Origin: a bacterium
Lineage (GTDB): Bacteria; Chloroflexota; Dormibacteria; Aeolococcales; Bog-877
DNA: 64,000 bases
Direction: 5' to 3'
Assembly (NCBI GenBank): GCA_021816695.1
Contig: JAKAXE010000001.1
Location: 2,769-66,768, forward strand
The translations under genes and the position numbers were made by a program. Shown here one piece after another: positions 46,015 to 54,040 of this stretch. Under the pieces are notes generated by a model that saw only the letters and a program-made list of their open reading frames with translations, was not told the origin of the DNA and did not search any database. Position 1 is the first letter of the stretch, and each line of letters starts with the position of its first letter.

Positions 46015-46020
46015 TAGACT
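46015..46020 (+). promoter_or_regulatory. Candidate -10 hexamer TAGACT, 18 nt upstream of tRNA-Glu
   Basis: TANNNT in the 36-bp gap between the GH15 stop and the tRNA 5' end. Confidence 0.3.
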
Positions 46021-46038
46021 AGCCATCGAGCGACCGCT

Positions 46039-46115
46039 GCCCCGTTCGTCTAGTGGCCCAGGACACCGCCCTCTCAAGGCGGAGATCAGCGGTTCGAATC
46101 CGCTACGGGGTACCA
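46039..46115 (+). tRNA. tRNA-Glu (anticodon CUC), CCA encoded
   Basis: Cloverleaf folded by hand. Acceptor GCCCCGT/ACGGGGT (G1:U72 wobble), D arm GTCT-AGTGGCCCA-GGAC, anticodon arm CCGCC-CTCTCAA-GGCGG, T arm AGCGG-TTCGAAT-CCGCT, discriminator A, then CCA. Closely resembles the E. coli tRNA-Glu body. Confidence 0.93.
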
Positions 46116-46137
46116 GCTCCCCAGAGGGCAGCAGCAG

Positions 46138-46668
46138 ATGGCAGACGTCCCACGTCCCCTCGGCGCCGTCCCCGTGGCCGCCCACGGGCACCAGATCGCC
46201 GCCGGCCGTCGCACCGTGCTGCCGGCAGAGAGCCAGGAGGCGGAGCGGGAGCTGGAGCGGACACTGGCAGCAGGCCCGCCCGGTAACCTCCCGGCACTGA
46301 AGGCGGTGTGCGCTCAGCACCCCGAGTTTCTGGACGGGTGGGCCCGGCTGGGCCAGGCTGTGTACCTTGCCGGAGACCCGGTCCTGGGATACGCCTGCGC
46401 CCGGGCCGGGTACCACCGGGGGCTGGACCGGCTCCGCCGGAACGGATGGGGCGGCAGTGGGGAGGTCAGGTGGGAGGACGAGACCAACCGCGGCTTCCTC
46501 CGCTCCCTCCACCTGCTGATGGTCTGCGCCGCCGCCCTGGGGGAGGCGGAGGAGAGGGAGCGTTGCCGCTCCTTCCTCCTCGACCTGGACCCCCTGGACG
46601 GTATCGGGGTGGGCCGGTCGCCCGAGCTCGCGAACGGGCAGCTGGTGACCTCCGACCGCCTCCCCTGA
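46138..46668 (+). CDS. DUF3151-like protein
   Basis: 176 aa. 'HPEFLDGWARLGQ', 'GYACARAGYHRGLDRLRRNGW' and 'NRGFLRSLHLLMVCAAALGEAEERERCRSFLLDLDP' match my memory of the actinobacterial DUF3151 family. Confidence 0.6.
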   Translation: MADVPRPLGAVPVAAHGHQIAAGRRTVLPAESQEAERELERTLAAGPPGNLPALKAVCAQHPEFLDGWARLGQAVYLAGDPVLGYACARAGYHRGLDRLRRNGWGGSGEVRWEDETNRGFLRSLHLLMVCAAALGEAEERERCRSFLLDLDPLDGIGVGRSPELANGQLVTSDRLP

Positions 46669-46684
46669 AGGGACCGGCCCCCAG

Positions 46685-47776
46685 GTGCCCCCGGACCCGG
46701 GCCGAGACCGTGGCCTGGCCCCCCTCTGGTCCCGGCTGAGGGAGGGGCCGGTCTGGGTCCTGGTGCGCGCCCGCCCCGGGCTGGGGCGGCTCACCGAGGC
46801 GCTGGCCCTGGTGGCGCTGCTGGGCGCCGCCGGCTCCCCGACCCGACTCCTCACCTCCCCTGAGGCGGCGGCCTATGCCCGACGCATGGCGCGGGGCCCG
46901 GTCTCCGAGTTCACCCTGGAGGGCGGTCCGGACCCACAGCAGGCGTTGATCGACTCCCGTGACCTCCAGCGGCTCCTCTCCTCACTTGGCCGCGCCCGCC
47001 CGGCCGCCCTGGTGGTGCATGGTTACCCGCTGCTCCTTCCCCTCCTGCGCCGGGCCTTCCCGGGTCAGCTGGTGGCGATGGCCAACCTCCACGACCTGAG
47101 CAGCCCCGGGCACACGCCCGGGGCCCGGCTTCTCGCGGCCCAGCTGCACTCCGCAGCCGACCTGGTTCTGGTGGGCGAGCTCCGTCGCGGGGTGAGGCTT
47201 GAGCGGATAGGCCCCACCTTGATCCTGCGGCTGCCGACGCTGGTGCGGCCCGAGCTGCTCGCGGCCCCAGCCACCTCGTCCGGGCCACCGGTGGCGGTGC
47301 TCGGCGGGGGGAGCCGCGGCGATCACCGGCTGGAGGAGTCCAACCGCCAGATCCTCGACCGGTTGGAGGCCGCCGTGGTCGCGGGGGAGCTCCCGCGCTG
47401 CCTGGTGTTCCCCGGGGACGATGTCGACCCCGGGCGGCACCCCCACCTGCAGGCCGGCTCGGACCGCGCCGGGTATGCCCGCCACCTGCTCTCCGCCAGC
47501 CTGGTCGTCGCCCGGGCGGGGCGCAGCTCCATGGCCGAACTCCTGGCCCTCGGGCGTCGGGGGGTGGTGATCCCAGCTCGCTCGGACACCCTGAGGGGGC
47601 TGGAGCAGCTGGCCAACGCCACGCGAGCCGCGGCGCTCTCGCCGGCCATCCGTGTCCTTGAGCTCGGCGAGCTGGGTGACCTGGGGTCGGCGCTCGACGA
47701 GGTCCGGCGCGCCCAGCCGCGGAGCTGGTGCCCCGGGAACGACTACCTCCTGGAGCGGCTCACCGGAATCGGCTGA
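46685..47776 (+). CDS. GT-B fold glycosyltransferase (MurG / GT28-C-terminal-like)
   Basis: The C-terminal 'LLSASLVVARAGRSSMAELLALGRRGVVIPARSD...EQLANA' resembles the MurG-type nucleotide-sugar binding half. The N-terminal half is divergent. Confidence 0.55.
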   Translation: MPPDPGRDRGLAPLWSRLREGPVWVLVRARPGLGRLTEALALVALLGAAGSPTRLLTSPEAAAYARRMARGPVSEFTLEGGPDPQQALIDSRDLQRLLSSLGRARPAALVVHGYPLLLPLLRRAFPGQLVAMANLHDLSSPGHTPGARLLAAQLHSAADLVLVGELRRGVRLERIGPTLILRLPTLVRPELLAAPATSSGPPVAVLGGGSRGDHRLEESNRQILDRLEAAVVAGELPRCLVFPGDDVDPGRHPHLQAGSDRAGYARHLLSASLVVARAGRSSMAELLALGRRGVVIPARSDTLRGLEQLANATRAAALSPAIRVLELGELGDLGSALDEVRRAQPRSWCPGNDYLLERLTGIG

Positions 47777-47782
47777 GCGACC

Positions 47783-48625
47783 TCAGCGCGGCTCGGGCAT
47801 GGGCACCCGCCCGCCGCGGGGCGGCTCGCCCTTGAAGCCGGCGGCGGTCCGGTGCCCCCCGCCACCGTACCGGGCGGCGATCTCACTCACGTCCATGCCT
47901 TCGGGGGTGGAGCGGAGCGACCAGCGCGCCACCTCGCCGGCCCCCTGCCACCAGACCGCGGCGAAAGGCTGCCCCTGGGCGAGCCGGTCCCCCAGTTCGC
48001 TCTGCAGCACCGGGCTGTTGACCGTCGGTACCTTCACCCCAGCGATCTCCACCGGGCTGGCGTGGGCCGCCACCCGCTCCACGGTGCGCTTCTGGTAGGC
48101 CAGAAGTGCCCGGCCTTCGGCCCGCAGCTTCCCCACGTCCAGCTGGTCCCAGGTTTGGAAGTCGAAATCTCGGGCCCTCAGCGCCGCCGAGACCTCCTCG
48201 GACTCGGGCAGCTCGTTGCGCCAGAGGTCCCGGTCCTGAACGTAGCGGAGCAGCTCGGGAACGGGTTCCCGGTGGAAGTGTTCCCACGCCATGACGGCGC
48301 CGCTGCGCTGCATGTCGAAGTGACAGAAGGGGAGGTCTCCGAGCTCCGACTGAGCGGAGACGTGGTGGTCGAGGACGGTCAGCTCCGCCGCCCGACCCGC
48401 CAGGGCGATGGTCGTCTCCCGGTCGTACGCGAAGTCACAGATCAGGACCCGCCGCCCGTCCACCGCCGGAGGCGGCTCCCCGTGGCTGACCCCGCGGTAG
48501 TCCGCGCCGTCCCCCATCGCCTTCCAGGCGGCGAAGGCGGCGCCGAACCCGTCGGGGCAGTCACCGTGGAAGAGGACCAGGGGACGCCCTGGCAGCTGGG
48601 CGAGCGGGGAGGGGGAGTCAGTCAC
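47783..48625 (-). CDS. DHH/DHHA1-family phosphoesterase
   Basis: 'LVLFHGDCPDGFGAA', 'LTVLDHHVS' (DHH) and the C-terminal 'YGGGGHRTAAGF' (DHHA1 GGGH). GTG start. Confidence 0.75.
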   Translation of the reverse strand: MTDSPSPLAQLPGRPLVLFHGDCPDGFGAAFAAWKAMGDGADYRGVSHGEPPPAVDGRRVLICDFAYDRETTIALAGRAAELTVLDHHVSAQSELGDLPFCHFDMQRSGAVMAWEHFHREPVPELLRYVQDRDLWRNELPESEEVSAALRARDFDFQTWDQLDVGKLRAEGRALLAYQKRTVERVAAHASPVEIAGVKVPTVNSPVLQSELGDRLAQGQPFAAVWWQGAGEVARWSLRSTPEGMDVSEIAARYGGGGHRTAAGFKGEPPRGGRVPMPEPR

Positions 48626-48628
48626 CGG

Positions 48629-49777
48629 CTAACCGTAGATGAAACCTTCGACTCCCTGCAGGGTGTAGATCTCGCGCTGGTCCGCCAGCCCGTAGCCGTA
48701 GAAGTTGTCCTCCTCGACGACGAAGGTGGTGGGCCCGAGGACCGCGACCACCCAGGCGACGTGGCCGTAGTAGTAGTCGTAGATCCCCCCGGGATCGAAG
48801 ACCACCATGGAGTCCACTCGGGGGGTGGAGCCCACCTGGTAGGGGGTGCCCATGGAGTAGTCCTCCTGGATCCACTGGTCCGCGTTGCCCCGCGGCTGCC
48901 AGGGCACGTTGGTCTGCCCGGCCACGAACCAGGTGCACTGACCCCATGGGTACCCGTCGGGATAGGCCGGGGCCGGGGCCGGGAAGGTCTTGAGGATGGT
49001 TCCCTCCTCGGCGCTGGCGGGTCCGCCATAGGAGTTGATCGCCGCCTCCTCCGCCTGGAGCGTCTGGATCTGGGAGGCGATCTGCTGGATCTGGGAGGCG
49101 ATCTGCCCGGCCTGCCCGGACAGCGAGCTGGCCTGGTTCTGGAAGCTCAGCTCCTGGGCCTGGAGCTGGTTGGCGGCCGCCTGGAACGACGCCACCAGGG
49201 CGGTGACCCGCTGCTGCTGGGCCTGCTGTCCCGCCTGGAGCGTCCGTAGCTGGGCCTCCTCGCTGGTGAGCTCCTGGGTGAGAGAGCTGAACTGCTGGCC
49301 CACGGTCTGGAGCTGGAGCGTGGTGTCGAAGAACTGGGTCACCCCCGAGCTGTCGGCGATGGCCGTCGATAGGTTGTTGGCGTTGCCGTGCTGGTACATC
49401 TCCCGGACCAGCTGGGCCAGCTGGTTGCGGTCCAGGACGATCTGGGCCTGGGTCTGCCCGATCCGGTCGTTGGTCTCGGCCAGGGCGGCGTTCGCCTGGG
49501 CCAGTTCGGCCTGCCCCTGGGCGAGCTTCGCCTGGGCGGTGGCCACCTGCTGCTGGGTGGACGCGGCCTGTTGGGCTGCCGAGGAGGCCTCTCCCTGGAT
49601 GCCCGCCAGCTGGCTTCGGAGAGCGCTCTCCTGGGCCTGCAGCTGGGCGATCTCGGCCCCGAGGTTGCTGGCTCCGGCCGGCCTGGCCACGATCGCCGCC
49701 GCACCCAGCACCAGCGTGCCGAACAGACCCAGTTGGGCGGTCAGGCGCAGCAGCCGCGATTTCAGTGGTCGAGACAT
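48629..49777 (-). CDS. Secreted Gln-rich coiled-coil + CHAP-domain peptidoglycan hydrolase (PcsB/RipC-like architecture)
   Basis: Signal/TM 'LGLFGTLVLGAAAIVA', about 230 aa of Q/A-rich heptads, then CHAP with 'YPWGQCTWFVAG' (Cys) and 'YGHVAWVVAV' (His). The ATG at 49777 is preferred; the track start TTG at 49795 is possible. Confidence 0.8.
   Translation of the reverse strand: MSRPLKSRLLRLTAQLGLFGTLVLGAAAIVARPAGASNLGAEIAQLQAQESALRSQLAGIQGEASSAAQQAASTQQQVATAQAKLAQGQAELAQANAALAETNDRIGQTQAQIVLDRNQLAQLVREMYQHGNANNLSTAIADSSGVTQFFDTTLQLQTVGQQFSSLTQELTSEEAQLRTLQAGQQAQQQRVTALVASFQAAANQLQAQELSFQNQASSLSGQAGQIASQIQQIASQIQTLQAEEAAINSYGGPASAEEGTILKTFPAPAPAYPDGYPWGQCTWFVAGQTNVPWQPRGNADQWIQEDYSMGTPYQVGSTPRVDSMVVFDPGGIYDYYYGHVAWVVAVLGPTTFVVEEDNFYGYGLADQREIYTLQGVEGFIYG
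49064..49105. repeat. Perfect 21-bp tandem duplication (2 x CTGGATCTGGGAGGCGATCTG) inside the coiled-coil region of the CHAP hydrolase gene
   Basis: Read directly from the sequence. It encodes QIASQIQ-QIASQIQ, an in-frame duplication of exactly one heptad. Confidence 0.9.
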
Positions 49778-49803
49778 GGGGAGGGACGAGAGCAAGTTTG
49801 TCT

Positions 49804-49831
49804 CGCCGCGATCCTAACAGCGATCGCGGCG
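49804..49831. repeat. Perfect 10-bp inverted repeat CGCCGCGATC-N8-GATCGCGGCG just upstream of the CHAP hydrolase gene
   Basis: Read directly from the sequence. It lies 27-54 nt upstream of the ATG at 49777, so it is either an operator-like palindrome or a 5'-UTR hairpin. Confidence 0.85.
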
Positions 49832-50346
49832 GGCCGCAAGAGCGGTGACGTGCCGGCGACGGGATTCCGGTAGAACGTCAGCTCCCGTCGCCGCGGGCGA
49901 CGGCTTCAGCCGAGCCTCTTGTCGGCCCCAGTTGGCGCCGGCAGCCGGAGGAGATCGGGAGGCGGCCCACCGGCCGGCCCGGGCCGGCTGCGAGCCAGCA
50001 GCCGGAGCCAGGTCGGCGCCCCTCTGCCCCGGCTCGGAGCCGGGGGCGCCGCCATCCACCTGGTGCTGACGACGCGCAATCTCCACCTGCCCGGCCAGCG
50101 CCTCGTGACCCACATCTCGGTGCGCTCGACCGAAGATGCCGGCGCTGCCCAGGCAGCCGTGGATTCATTCCGGGGACGGGAGAGCCACCAGACCGCGAGC
50201 CGGGCCAGCAGCGGGAGCGCGGCCACCAGCACGGCACCCGCCGCCCGGGGACGAGCTCTCCGGCTCTCGACCAGTTCGGCCCGAATCGGGCGCCGGGAGG
50301 ATGGGTCCACCCGGGCGACGATAGCAGCGCCGCGGCTCTCTTCGTG

Positions 50347-50352
50347 TAGGCT
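50347..50352 (+). promoter_or_regulatory. Candidate -10 hexamer TAGGCT, 7 nt upstream of the ATG at 50360 (leaderless)
   Basis: TANNNT at leaderless spacing. Confidence 0.35.
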
Positions 50353-50359
50353 GCTGGCG

Positions 50360-51298
50360 ATGCAGTCCGCCCCGCCCGAGGTCCGGCTGCGGCCCCTGCG
50401 GGTCACTGAGCTGCTGGACACCGTTTTCACCCTCTACCGCCGCAACTTCCTCCTCTTCCTGGCGGTGATCGCGGTGGTGCAGGTGCCCTACCAGGTGGTC
50501 AGCTTCCTGGTCACCACGCTCGTCGGCCCGGCGGGCGCGCCCAAGCTCACCGCCGGGCAGCGGCTGACCTCGGCTCAGCTGCACAGCGAGATCCACTTCC
50601 TGCTCGGGACCGGAGTGGTGCTGGTGGTCTTGCTGGTGCTGACCGCCGCAGTGGTGGTGCCCCTCCAGACCGCCGCGTTCACCAAGGCGGTGGCCGATCG
50701 CTTCCTGGGGCGGGTCGCCAGCCCCACCGCGTGCTACCGCTTCGCGGTCCGGCGCTGGGCTCAGCTGGTGCTTCTCGGGCTGATCATCCTGGGGCTGGTA
50801 CTGGGAGCCGCGCTGGTGGTCATCCTCGTGGTCGTCGTCCTGGCCGCGGTCCTCAAGGCGGTGGGAGTGCTCCTCTCGGTGCTTGTCGCACTGGCGGCGC
50901 TGGTGGGCGGAATCATCGCCTACGCCCGACTCTCGATCGCCACACCGGCGCTGGTGCTGGAGTCGCTGTCTCCCGGCGCCGCGATCCGGCGCAGCTGGGG
51001 GCTAACCTCTCAGAACGTGGGCCGCGCCTTCGGGGTGATCATCTCCCTGGTCATCGTCGAGGCTCTGATCGGGATAGTGCTCGGGACCCTGGTGGGGGTT
51101 CTCTCGGTCCCCTTCGGGATCAGCAGCCCGCTGGGGCTGGCGGTCCGGGACGTGGGCCAGCTGGTGGTGTCGCTGCTGGAGGCACCCATCCTCGCCACCG
51201 GCCTGACCCTCTTCTATTTCGACCTCCGGGTGCGCAAGGAGGCCTTCGACCTCGAGCTTCTGGCCCGCCAGGTGCTGGAGGGCAGTTCGGAGGGATGA
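50360..51298 (+). CDS. Polytopic membrane protein, first gene of the MoxR/DUF58 locus
   Basis: 312 aa from the ATG at 50360 ('MQSAPPEVRLRPLRVTELLDTVFTLYRRNFLLFLAVIAVVQ'), with 6 or more TM segments. The 147 codons upstream in the same frame are left uncalled. Confidence 0.65.
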   Translation: MQSAPPEVRLRPLRVTELLDTVFTLYRRNFLLFLAVIAVVQVPYQVVSFLVTTLVGPAGAPKLTAGQRLTSAQLHSEIHFLLGTGVVLVVLLVLTAAVVVPLQTAAFTKAVADRFLGRVASPTACYRFAVRRWAQLVLLGLIILGLVLGAALVVILVVVVLAAVLKAVGVLLSVLVALAALVGGIIAYARLSIATPALVLESLSPGAAIRRSWGLTSQNVGRAFGVIISLVIVEALIGIVLGTLVGVLSVPFGISSPLGLAVRDVGQLVVSLLEAPILATGLTLFYFDLRVRKEAFDLELLARQVLEGSSEG

Positions 51299-51326
51299 GC
51301 GCCGGGCGGCACCGAGGTGGCCCCAG

Positions 51327-51956
51327 GTGAGCCCCCTGGCCCGGATCGCCGGCCAGCCTTCCCCGGTCCGGGTGCGGACCCAGCTGGCACGGCTGTACCG
51401 CGAACCCCAGCTGAGTGGGCTCACCACCCGTCATAGCAGCCGCAGCTCCCTGCTTGACCAGTTGGGCCAGGCACTTCTCCACCTCCTGGGCGCGATCTTC
51501 CGGGCCGGAGGCGCCCGTCTCTGGATCGCTCTCGGAGCCCTCCTGCTGGCCGGGCTGGCCGTGGCGACCATCCTGGTACTGCGCCGGCCGCGGAGGGAGC
51601 TGGCGCCCACCCCGCAGGTCACGCTGCCCGAGTTCTCTGGCCAGCGCCAATCTCCAGAGAGCCTCTTCCAGCTGAGCGAACAGCTGGCGCGGGAGGGCAG
51701 ACCGCGAGAGGCGGTGCGGGCCGCCTTCCAGGGGGTGGTCGCGGCCGGGACGGCGTCACCGGCCCTCCATTTCGAGCCCAGCTGGACCAACTCCGAGCTG
51801 CTCCGGGCAGTTGCCCACCAATCCGGGCTTGAGGAGAGCCTCCTGCCGCTCGTCTCCGACTTCGATCGGGTCGTGTACGGCGGCCAGCCGGTCGATCCCG
51901 CCGGCTGCCGGGAGTTCACCCGCTCCTGCCGGCACACGGCGCGGATGCTGGCGTGA
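51327..51956 (+). CDS. DUF4129-like protein (N-terminal TM, C-terminal helical domain)
   Basis: TM 'LWIALGALLLAGLAVATILVL' and a C-terminal 'EPSWTNSELLRAVA...VSDFDRVVYGGQP', resembling the DUF4129 signature. Its position upstream of DUF4350 and MoxR also fits. Confidence 0.55.
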   Translation: MSPLARIAGQPSPVRVRTQLARLYREPQLSGLTTRHSSRSSLLDQLGQALLHLLGAIFRAGGARLWIALGALLLAGLAVATILVLRRPRRELAPTPQVTLPEFSGQRQSPESLFQLSEQLAREGRPREAVRAAFQGVVAAGTASPALHFEPSWTNSELLRAVAHQSGLEESLLPLVSDFDRVVYGGQPVDPAGCREFTRSCRHTARMLA

Positions 51957-53083
51957 GCCGGCTTCCCCTCCGCCCCTACCTGTTGGTCCTGGCGCTGGTG
52001 GTGCTGGGGGGCGTGGCCGCCGTGGCGCTGGCGCCCGCGCCGGCCCCCGACAACGCCAACCCCAGCAGCTGGTCCACCGGGACGGGGGGGAGCTGGGCGG
52101 TGTACCACCTCTCCATGAGCCTGGGCGCCCGGCCGGAGCGGGTCACCGGATCCGATCTCCCCGCTGCCCTGCGGGCGGGAGCGACCCTGGTCGAGTACCA
52201 GCCCACCGTGACCTTCTCCCGCTCGGCCGCGCGCGCCATCGTGACCTTCGTCCGGTCGGGAGGGCGGTTGGTCCTGGCTGGCGGCGCGACCGCGGTGGTG
52301 AGACCCCTGCTCTCCCGGCTGGGGCTGGATGCGACCGGCCAGCTGCCCGCGCGGGTCCTGAGGGAGCGCCTTCCCCTCGGGGGAACCACCCCGCTGCTGG
52401 TTGAGATGGGAACCGGGCCGGGGTATGCCGCATCCACCCCGGCCGCGCTGCCCCTCCTTGGCGGAGCGCCACGCCCTGGTGCCGAGGTGGTCCTCCTGGG
52501 GGAGGGGGAGGCGATCGTGCTGGACTCCGGCTACCCGCTCTCCAACCTCGGCCTGAGGCGGGCCCAGGACGGCCTCTTTGCCGCCAGAGCCCTGGGTCTG
52601 GCGGGTGGCAGGACCGTTCTCTTCGACGAGATCCACCACGGCTACCAGCTGGGGGACGGTACCGCGGCCCTGCTCTGGGGCACCACCCTGGGTGCGTCCG
52701 GCGTGGTGCTGGCCGCGCTCTGCCTCCTGTTCCTGGCGTCCGCGGGGCGGCGGCTGGGCCGTCCGCTGCCCACGGCCCAGCTCCTGGCCCGTCGCGGGAC
52801 CGAGGACCACCTGGAGGCGGTGGCCAACCTGTACTCCCGGACCGGAGAGCGCCGGGCGATCGCCGAGCGTTACCGCTTCGAGCTGGCGGCCGCCATCGCC
52901 GCCGCCCCCAGCTCCTCAGGAGACATGGGGCCGGACGGCCGCATCCCTGCTCGGGAGCTGCTCAAGGCTCTGGAGGATGCCTCCCGGGAGGGGATGGACG
53001 GCCCCACACTGGTGGGACTGGCAGAGAGGGCGACGCGGGCGGCCCGGGAGCTCGCCGGCTTCGGCCCGGTGAGAGGGAGCTGA
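51953..53083 (+). CDS. DUF4350-like protein
   Basis: N-terminal TM 'YLLVLALVVLGGVAAVAL', a periplasmic domain, a second TM 'ASGVVLAALCLLFLA', and a C-terminal cytoplasmic helix. Conserved position immediately before the MoxR ATPase. Confidence 0.55.
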   Translation: MSRLPLRPYLLVLALVVLGGVAAVALAPAPAPDNANPSSWSTGTGGSWAVYHLSMSLGARPERVTGSDLPAALRAGATLVEYQPTVTFSRSAARAIVTFVRSGGRLVLAGGATAVVRPLLSRLGLDATGQLPARVLRERLPLGGTTPLLVEMGTGPGYAASTPAALPLLGGAPRPGAEVVLLGEGEAIVLDSGYPLSNLGLRRAQDGLFAARALGLAGGRTVLFDEIHHGYQLGDGTAALLWGTTLGASGVVLAALCLLFLASAGRRLGRPLPTAQLLARRGTEDHLEAVANLYSRTGERRAIAERYRFELAAAIAAAPSSSGDMGPDGRIPARELLKALEDASREGMDGPTLVGLAERATRAARELAGFGPVRGS

Positions 53084-53084
53084 G

Positions 53085-54038
53085 ATGACCAGAACGGCGG
53101 AGGTCTTCGCGGAGGTGGAGCGGGCGGCCGCGGACGTATTGGTGGGCTCCATGGATCCGCTGCGCATCAGCCTTCTGACCATGGTGGTGGGTGGGCACGT
53201 GCTCCTGGAGGGCCTTCCGGGCACGGCCAAGACCCTGATGGCACGGACCCTGGCCCGTCTCACCGGCGCCAACTTCGGCCGGGTCCAGTTCACCCCCGAC
53301 CTGCTGCCTGCCGACATCGTCGGGAGCGTGGTGTACGACCAGCGGTCGGCCCGCTTCGAGGTCCGACCCGGACCGGTGTTCACCGACGTCCTCCTCGCGG
53401 ACGAGATCAACCGCAGCCCGGCCAAGACCCAGGCGGCCCTCCTCGAGGCCATGGAGGAGCGCCAGGTGACTCTGGACGGCCGATCCCACCCGCTGGGCGA
53501 TCGCTTCATGGTGCTGGCCACCCAGAACCCCATCGAGCTGGAGGGCACCTTCCCCCTCCCGGAGGCCGAGCTAGATCGCTTCATGGTCAAGGTGGCGGTG
53601 CCCTCGCTGGGGGTCGAGGGGGAGCTGGAGCTGGCCCGCCGGGTCGATCAGGGCTTTGACGCCAACCGGTTGGCCGAGATCCTCACCTCACCGCCCCCGG
53701 CCGGGCCGGAGGTGCTCGTGGAGCTCCGCCGCGAGGTGGCCGGGGTCACCTGCTCTGAGGAGGTCCGGTCCTACATCAGCTCCATCGTGGCGGCCTCCCG
53801 GGAGGCGCCCGAACTCGCCTTCGGGGCCAGCTCGCGGGCCACGGTGGCTCTGGTCCGGCTGGGCAAGGCCCGGGCCGCCGCCGCGGGCCGCGAGTTCGTC
53901 ACCCCCGAGGATGTCAAGGAGCTCTGCATGCCGGTCCTCCGCCACCGGCTCCAGCTCCGGCCCGAGGCCGAGATGCAGGGGCTGGACGAGGCCGCGGCCG
54001 TGGGGAGGGTTCTGGCCCGGGTGGCCGTCCCCCGCTGA
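53085..54038 (+). CDS. MoxR-family AAA+ ATPase
   Basis: Walker A 'LEGLPGTAKTLMARTLA', then 'RVQFTPDLLPADIVGS', Walker B 'VLLADEINRSPAKTQAALLEAMEE' and 'ATQNPIELEGTFPLPEAELDRF'. Confidence 0.93.
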   Translation: MTRTAEVFAEVERAAADVLVGSMDPLRISLLTMVVGGHVLLEGLPGTAKTLMARTLARLTGANFGRVQFTPDLLPADIVGSVVYDQRSARFEVRPGPVFTDVLLADEINRSPAKTQAALLEAMEERQVTLDGRSHPLGDRFMVLATQNPIELEGTFPLPEAELDRFMVKVAVPSLGVEGELELARRVDQGFDANRLAEILTSPPPAGPEVLVELRREVAGVTCSEEVRSYISSIVAASREAPELAFGASSRATVALVRLGKARAAAAGREFVTPEDVKELCMPVLRHRLQLRPEAEMQGLDEAAAVGRVLARVAVPR

Positions 54039-54040
54039 GC

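Noticed and set aside
46039-49795. A genomic island integrated at tRNA-Glu, covering the DUF3151, GT, DHH and CHAP genes downstream.
   Set aside because: I could find no integrase or recombinase, no repeat of the tRNA 3' end, and no visible shift in base composition or codon bias.
49906-50430. The 174-aa minus-strand ORF, and the plus-strand 49919 extension, as real genes in the 564-bp gap.
   Set aside because: Both share the same wobble register, so the moderate GC3 signal cannot discriminate between them. Both translations are low-complexity (R/S/A/G-rich or R/W/P-rich), and the minus ORF's start overlaps the well-supported membrane-protein gene. Left uncalled and flagged as a finding instead.
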